The position numbers were made by a program, and so were the translations under genes. The notes below the pieces were generated by a model. That model worked only from the letters and a program-made list of their open reading frames with translations. It did not search any database and had not been told where the DNA came from. 64,000 nucleotides of DNA, taken from the NCBI GenBank assembly GCA_964016885.1, contig OZ024750.1, positions 30,814,001 to 30,878,000 on the forward strand, given 5' to 3'. Origin of the DNA: Eledone cirrhosa (taxonomy: Eukaryota). Shown one piece after another: positions 60,001 through 64,000 of the stretch; position 1 is the stretch's first letter; each line of letters opens with the position of its first letter.

Positions 60001-63000
60001 TCTATGTATTTATATGTTGATTTGTCTAGATGTATAAAAGGTACACAGCTCAATGTCAGTATTATGTTTTTCTTTACATAAACATTATTGCTACTAAGAA
60101 ATGTTTTAAGGGAGATAAGAATAAATGAAGTAAACTAATTGTTTGATTCAATGTGATATTTATTTTGACTGATGGCTGATAAAAGTTCCAGAAAATTTGG
60201 AAGGAAATGTAATAAAGTAAAATAAAATCAATATGAATTAGATTTTTTACGAAGAATAAGCTGCTGGTAGAAAGCGATATCATGTAGAAACCACAGAAAA
60301 TAGTGGAGATTCAAATATTTGTATTAATAGTTGAACATGACATTAAGTTTGAAGAATTATTATTGATACAATATTTATAAACAACATTAATATAATTGTT
60401 TCTACTTTAGGCACAAGGCCAGCAATTACCCAGTGCATTACTGGTACTTTATTTTATCGACTCCGTAAGGATGAAAGGCAAGGTCAACCTCATTAATATA
60501 ATTGTTTCTACGTTAGGCACAAGGCCAGCAATTACCCAGTGTATTACTGGTACTTTATTTTATCGACCCAGTAAGGATCGATAAAATAAAGTACCAGTAA
60601 TACACTGGGTAATTGCTGGCCTTGTGCCTAACGTAGAAACAATTATATTAATGAGGTTGACCTTGCCTTTCATCCTTACGGAGAATGCCAGTAATAAACG
60701 TATGAATTACAATAGGAAAATTATATATGAATGAGACAAATTTACAAATTTTTAAAGAACTCCCTTCAGATAGATATATCTTTCAATTAAATATATAGTT
60801 TCCATTTATGTGTGATGTAGGAATGAAGCACTTGCCTGATTAATTATACATATGAAATATACCAGCTTTTATGTAATTGTTAGATGTTAACTGGGATTGT
60901 TTCAAAATGAGTCCTTATAAAAGAAGTGTAAATTTTAAAAACAAAACTAGAGATCCAAGTTGCAAATTAATGAAGGTTTATTGGAATTACCAAATATACA
61001 GCCATACATATATATTGAAAGATTTATCTACATTGATTCATGAGGAAAGTCATTTAACATAAAACTCACGTTGACTAGTTGTTGGTACACTTGATACAAC
61101 TGCTGAAGTGGCTGGTGCCAGTGTTGTTGTAAGAGGATCTGAAGTTTAGGAAAGAAATCACAATAATCAAAATCTATGTGACTTTACAAATCAGATGTAA
61201 ATAAAGATGAGTTGCATCAGGATTAATAGAAATAAATAAATAGATTGGAATTATCACTTACGTTTACAGATTTTGGCAGACACAGATACGACCATATCTT
61301 CTGTGATATCATCAGCTTCAATTACAATCGTCACAGTTTCTTGACCATTACCACTTGGAATACCAACTGGTCTATCTGGGGTTGATGTCTGTAGAATGGA
61401 TTTACATTTTTTATTAATGATAAGATTAAAATAAACAGTGATCGTCAAAAAATATAGACAATGTCGAAATTCCATTAATGAATGAAATAGAACACTGTCT
61501 GAATTATATGTCCTTATATTCTGTAAATTCTAGAATATCATTATATGAATTGAAATATTAATATAAAGGAAGATACATATGAAATAAGTAGAAAGAAATA
61601 TGAAACTTGAATGAAAAAATCACCATCATATTACCTTGATTGTGTATTCTGTTGAAGGATTTGATAACAAAACAGTATATGATTTCACATTTTCATGGTC
61701 AACAAGGCTTATTGTTCCACCGGCATTAAGCGTGGGACCAATTTGTAATGTGACAGTTCTTTTAGATTTAGCATTAGTTTTCCAGCCAACATTTGGTCTC
61801 ACATCACTAGGTGATCCGACATTAGGACTTAAGGTGATTGCTGTATCAGGGATGAAAGTTTCATCATCCATTGCTTCTGTTATCTCACAGAACACTGTTA
61901 ATTAAAACAATTACATATTATAAAGTGTCAAAATAAAATGATAATAGTACAAATGTTCTATATATGAAGGATAACATATGTAATAATTATTGCATTAATA
62001 CTCACACTCAGTAGTTCTTTGGACAGTTGGAACAGCTGTCGATGTTACAGGTGCTATTGTTGATGACACAGGTGCTATTGATGATGACACAGGTTCTAGA
62101 ATTTAGAAAGAATATCTACTTAGTGAATTGTTTTAGACAATTAAAGCAGATCTTTGCACCAGAATAATTGTAAAGAAAATAAAATGAAATATCCTAGATT
62201 TCATAGTGAATCTAATCTTTTAAATATTTGAAAATTAGAGCGTTCCACATATCCATAAGTATGTATTTGTAAATTAGAGCGTTCCACATATCCATGAATA
62301 AATCTATGTATTTATATGTTGATTTGTCTAGATGTATAAAAGGTACACAGCTCAATGTCAGTATTATGTTTTTCTTTACATAAACATTATTGCTACTAAG
62401 AAATGTTTTAAGGGAGATAAGAATAAATGAAGTAAACTAATTGTTTGATTCAATGTGATATTTATTTTGACTGATGGCTGATAAAAGTTCCAGAAAATTT
62501 GGAAGGAAATGTAATAAAGTAAAATAAAATCAATATGAATTAGATTTTTTACGAAGAATAAGCTGCTGGTAGAAAGCGATATCATGTAGAAACCACAGAA
62601 AATAGTGGAGATTCAAATATTTGTATTAATAGTTGAACATGACATTAAGTTTGAAGAATTATTATTGATACAATATTTATAAACAACATTAATATAATTG
62701 TTTCTACTTTAGGCACAAGGCCAGCAATTACCCAGTGCATTACTGGTACTTTATTTTATCGACTCCGTAAGGATGAAAGGCAAAGTCAACCTCATTAATA
62801 TAATGCCAGTAATAAACGTATGAATTACAATAGGAAAATTATATATGAATGAGACAAATTTACAAATTTTTAAAGAACTCCCTTCAGATAGATATATCTT
62901 TCAATTAAATATATAGTTTCCATTTATGTGTGATGTAGGAATGAAGCACTTGCCTGATTAATTATACATATGAAATATACCAGCTTTTATGTAATTGTTA

Positions 63001-64000
63001 GATGTTAACTGGGATTGTTTCAAAATGAGTCCTTATAAAAGAAGTGTAAATTTTAAAAACAAAACTAGAGATCCAAGTTGCAAATTAATGAAGGTTTATT
63101 GGAATTACCAAATATACAGCCATACATATATATTGAAAGATTTATCTACATTGATTCATGAGGAAAGTCATTTAACATAAAACTCACGTTGACTAGTTGT
63201 TGGTACACTTGATACAACTGCTGAAGTGGCTGGTGCCAGTGTTGTTGTAAGAGGATCTGAAGTTTAGGAAAGAAATCACAATAATCAAAATCTATGTGAC
63301 TTTACAAATCAGATGTAAATAAAGATGAGTTGCATCAGGATTAATAGAAATAAATAAATAGATTGGAATTATCACTTACGTTTACAGATTTTGGCAGACA
63401 CAGATACGACCATATCTTCTGTGATATCATCAGCTTCAATTACAATCGTCACAGTTTCTTGACCATTACCACTTGGAATACCAACTGGTCTATCTGGGGT
63501 TGATGTCTGTAGAATGGATTTACATTTTTTATTAATGATAAGATTAAAATAAACAGTGATCGTCAAAAAATATAGACAATGTCGAAATTCCATTAATGAA
63601 TGAAATAGAACACTGTCTGAATTATATGTCCTTATATTCTGTAAATTCTAGAATATCATTATATGAATTGAAATATTAATATAAAGGAAGATACATATGA
63701 AATAAGTAGAAAGAAATATGAAACTTGAATGAAAAAATCACCATCAGATTACCTTGATTGTGTATTCTGTTGAAGGATTTGATAACAAAACAGTATATGA
63801 TTTCACATTTTCATGGTCAACAAGGCTTATTGTTCCACCGGCATTAAGCGTGGGACCAATTTGTAATGTGACAGTTCTTTTAGATTTAGCATTAGTTTTC
63901 CAGCCAACATTTGGTCTCACATCACTAGGTGATCCGACATTAGGACTTAAGGTGATTGCTGTATCAGGGATGAAAGTTTCATCATCCATTGCTTCTGTTA
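1..64000 (-). CDS. Interior of one giant multi-exon mucin-like gene: ~30 x [PTS linker + Cys-bounded discoidin-like domain], about 120 exons, no start or stop in the window
   Basis: Manual splicing of unit 1: A 2334-2161, B 2049-1790, C 1543-1417, D 1293-1225, next A 238-149, next B from 37. All introns are GT..AG (111, 246, 123, 986 bp). Exons (546 bp) plus introns (1466 bp) equal the 2012-bp period. Phases 1/0/1/1 join in frame (split codons t+tg=L, c+at=H, c+aa=Q). No transcript evidence is available. Confidence 0.88.
149..238 (-). CDS. Exon A, common 90-bp form: (Q)PVSSTIAPVSSTIAPVTSTAVPTVQRTTE, PTS-rich
   Basis: Acceptor ttctag| at 240-239 and donor |gtgagt at 148-143. Symmetric phase 1-1, no stop. 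Confidence 0.88.
375..438. repeat. 39-bp-period intronic direct repeat (core aaattagagcgttccacatatccat), normally 2 copies per unit
   Basis: Cores at 375 and 414. One copy at 43333-43357 (unit 39 bp shorter) and three at 51341-51443 (unit 39 bp longer). Confidence 0.93.
1225..1293 (-). CDS. Exon D (representative, 69 bp): (H)PLTTTLAPATSAVVSSVPTTSQ, PTS-rich; in every unit at 61-aa ORF start +193..+261
   Basis: Acceptor ttcag| after a pyrimidine tract and donor |gtgagt. Phase 1-1, GC-richer than the flanks, missed by the ORF track. Confidence 0.88.
1417..1543 (-). CDS. Exon C (representative, 127 bp): TSTPDRPVGIPSGNGQETVTIVIEADDITEDMVVSVSAKICK, C-terminal part of the repeated domain
   Basis: Acceptor ctacag| and donor |gtaagt, phase 0-1. 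It is the C-terminal part of the 73-aa ORF, whose N-terminal part is intronic. Confidence 0.9.
1790..2049 (-). CDS. Exon B (representative, 260 bp): (L)FCEITEAMDDETFIPDTAITLS...VRPNVGW...NVKSYTVLLSNPSTEYTIK, N-terminal part of the repeated domain
   Basis: Acceptor ttaacag| and donor AAG|gtaatc, phase 1-0. Matches the core of the 94-aa minus ORF present in every unit (ORF low coordinate +9..+268). Confidence 0.9.
2161..2334 (-). CDS. Exon A, expanded 174-bp form with (PVSSTIA)x6; also at 16409-16582, 18503-18676, 24621-24794
   Basis: Six copies of the 21-mer (plus strand tgctattgttgatgacacagg) lie between the same splice sites, frame preserved. Confidence 0.87.
4255..4386 (-). CDS. Exon A, 132-bp form with (PVSSTIA)x4; also at 10333-10464
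   Basis: Four 21-bp copies between the same splice sites, frame preserved. Confidence 0.86.
32221..34528 (-). mobile_element. 5'-truncated non-LTR retrotransposon (RTE-type LINE), 2308-bp insertion in the B-C intron
   Basis: The unit period jumps from 2012 to 4320 and GC content rises sharply. There is an RT ORF, a ~300-bp 3'UTR and a (CAT)7 tail at 32222-32242, read as (ATG/TGA)n on the element strand. No endonuclease domain is present, consistent with truncation. Confidence 0.95.
32527..34506 (-). CDS. LINE reverse transcriptase ORF, 5'-truncated, with a C4HC3 PHD-type finger after the RT core
   Basis: Motifs GKATGPSG, NYRGIKL, QFGF, FVDLEKAFD, GVHQGSVLSP, YADD, FCYLG and LHGSETW. Manual translation upstream of the Met at 34152 stays open up to the junction at ~34506 (..WKSHYDRLLNEEN..). 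Confidence 0.93.
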   Translation of the reverse strand, partial: YIETKREARRQVYLARREAEDRKFKHVLQREDQKQEVFKIARQCVRDSCDVIGEKCIRNDKGELALTSAEKKDAWKSHYDRLLNEENAWEEETLPHVDPIEGPAVQVSGSVVSKAIRDMKIGKATGPSGIAAEMLKASGSVGHTITTRIVNQVILEGAIPKDWCSSIIVNCYKGKGDALDRGNYRGIKLMDQVMKVTERVIAQLIRDRVNIDEMQFGFVPGKGTTDALFLVRQLQEKYLAKSKPLYLAFVDLEKAFDRVPRAVIWWALRKLGVDEWLVKAVQAMYRGAVSKVRIGNEYSEEFSVQVGVHQGSVLSPLLFIIVLQAITEEFKTGCPWELLYADDLALIAESMVELENKFQTWKQGLERKGLKVNMTKTKVLISRRENGTQIPSGKWPCSVCRKGVGRNSILCPKCKQWVHKRCSGISGSLIKNVGFTCSSCAETASKQPQETSTTNLWEGPVETVDSFCYLGDRISNGGGCSESTITRVRTGWKKFRELLPLLAAKGFSLRMKGRLYDACIRTAMLHGSETWALKVEDLRRLERNEACMLRWMCNSNIRERQSINELRERLSIRGIKCCVQERRLRWYGHVMRMKDDSCIKRCRALEVDGNRGVGRPKMTWDEVIKADLTQLHLSKSMTHDRDFWRHAVIQGTRPPMGTC
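34510..34549. repeat. 20-bp tandem duplication of target sequence (aatgaatgaaatagaacact x2) at the LINE 5' junction
   Basis: Copies at 34510-34529 and 34530-34549. Uninterrupted units have a single copy. Confidence 0.92.
53859..53952 (-). mobile_element. 94-bp 5'-truncated SINE fragment (Nin-domain-like) with 12-bp TSD cattaatataat
   Basis: TSD at 53847-53858 and 53953-53964, unit +106 bp. The minus strand reads gttgactttgcctttcatccttacggagtcgataaaataaagtaccag, which I recall as a conserved SINE core. The family call is from memory. Confidence 0.8.
55977..56263. mobile_element. Compound SINE insert: copy 1 + TSD + diverged copy 2 + inverted 106-bp duplication
   Basis: Unit +290 bp. Copy 1 at 55977-56070, TSD at 56071-56082, copy 2 from 56083, inverted arm at 56158-56263. 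Confidence 0.88.
56041..56263. repeat. Perfect inverted repeat, 106-bp arms, 11-nt loop
   Basis: 56041-56146 is the exact reverse complement of 56158-56263. Loop is cccagtaagga. Confidence 0.95.
58279..58372 (-). mobile_element. 94-bp SINE fragment with 12-bp TSD (copy propagated by unit duplication)
   Basis: Same sequence and site as 53859-53952, offset 4420. Confidence 0.8.
60397..60683. mobile_element. Second compound SINE insert with the perfect 106-bp inverted repeat (60461-60566 / 60578-60683)
   Basis: Matches 55977-56263 at offset 4420. Confidence 0.88.
62699..62792 (-). mobile_element. 94-bp SINE fragment with 12-bp TSD
   Basis: Same sequence and site as 53859-53952, offset 8840. 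Confidence 0.8.

Larger units (their letters stand above)
1..64000. repeat. Tandem array of ~30 units, basic period 2012 bp, continuing beyond both window ends
   Basis: The same anchor (61-aa + ORF) recurs 30 times from 1032 to 62995. Spacings are 2012 (+/-1), 2052/2054, 2094, 1973, 2051, 2118, 2302 and one 4320. Each deviation is explained by a visible indel: 21-bp exonic units, a 39-bp intronic unit, 1-2 bp indels, +106 or +290 SINE inserts, +2308 LINE. Confidence 0.99.

Noticed and set aside
1-64000. rDNA, histone or snRNA tandem cluster, or a pure assembly artefact
   Set aside because: No such gene sequence is recognisable. Units carry structured private variants and insertions, which argues against wholesale artefact, although exact copy number needs read support.

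Overview
AT-rich eukaryotic (metazoan) DNA made almost entirely of about 30 near-identical tandem units with a basic period of 2012 bp. It is not a non-coding satellite. Each unit carries four GT-AG exons on the minus strand: A (90/132/174 bp), B (260 bp), C (127 bp) and D (69 bp). Their phases chain A>B>C>D>A without a stop, giving 182-210 aa per unit and roughly 5,600 aa of continuous reading frame that runs off both window ends. Each protein repeat is a Pro/Thr/Ser-rich mucin-type linker plus a ~128-aa domain bounded by two Cys that resembles a divergent discoidin (F5/8 type C) fold, so the window is best read as the interior of one giant mucin-like gene. Introns carry one 5'-truncated, stop-free RTE-type LINE with a PHD-type finger and an atypical 5' junction. 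Five units carry a short SINE fragment with a 12-bp TSD, and two of those contain a perfect 106-bp inverted repeat. Higher-order duplications of 2, 3 and 4 units are visible. The repeats resemble cephalopod (Octopus-like) families, but that is recognition from memory, not a search result.
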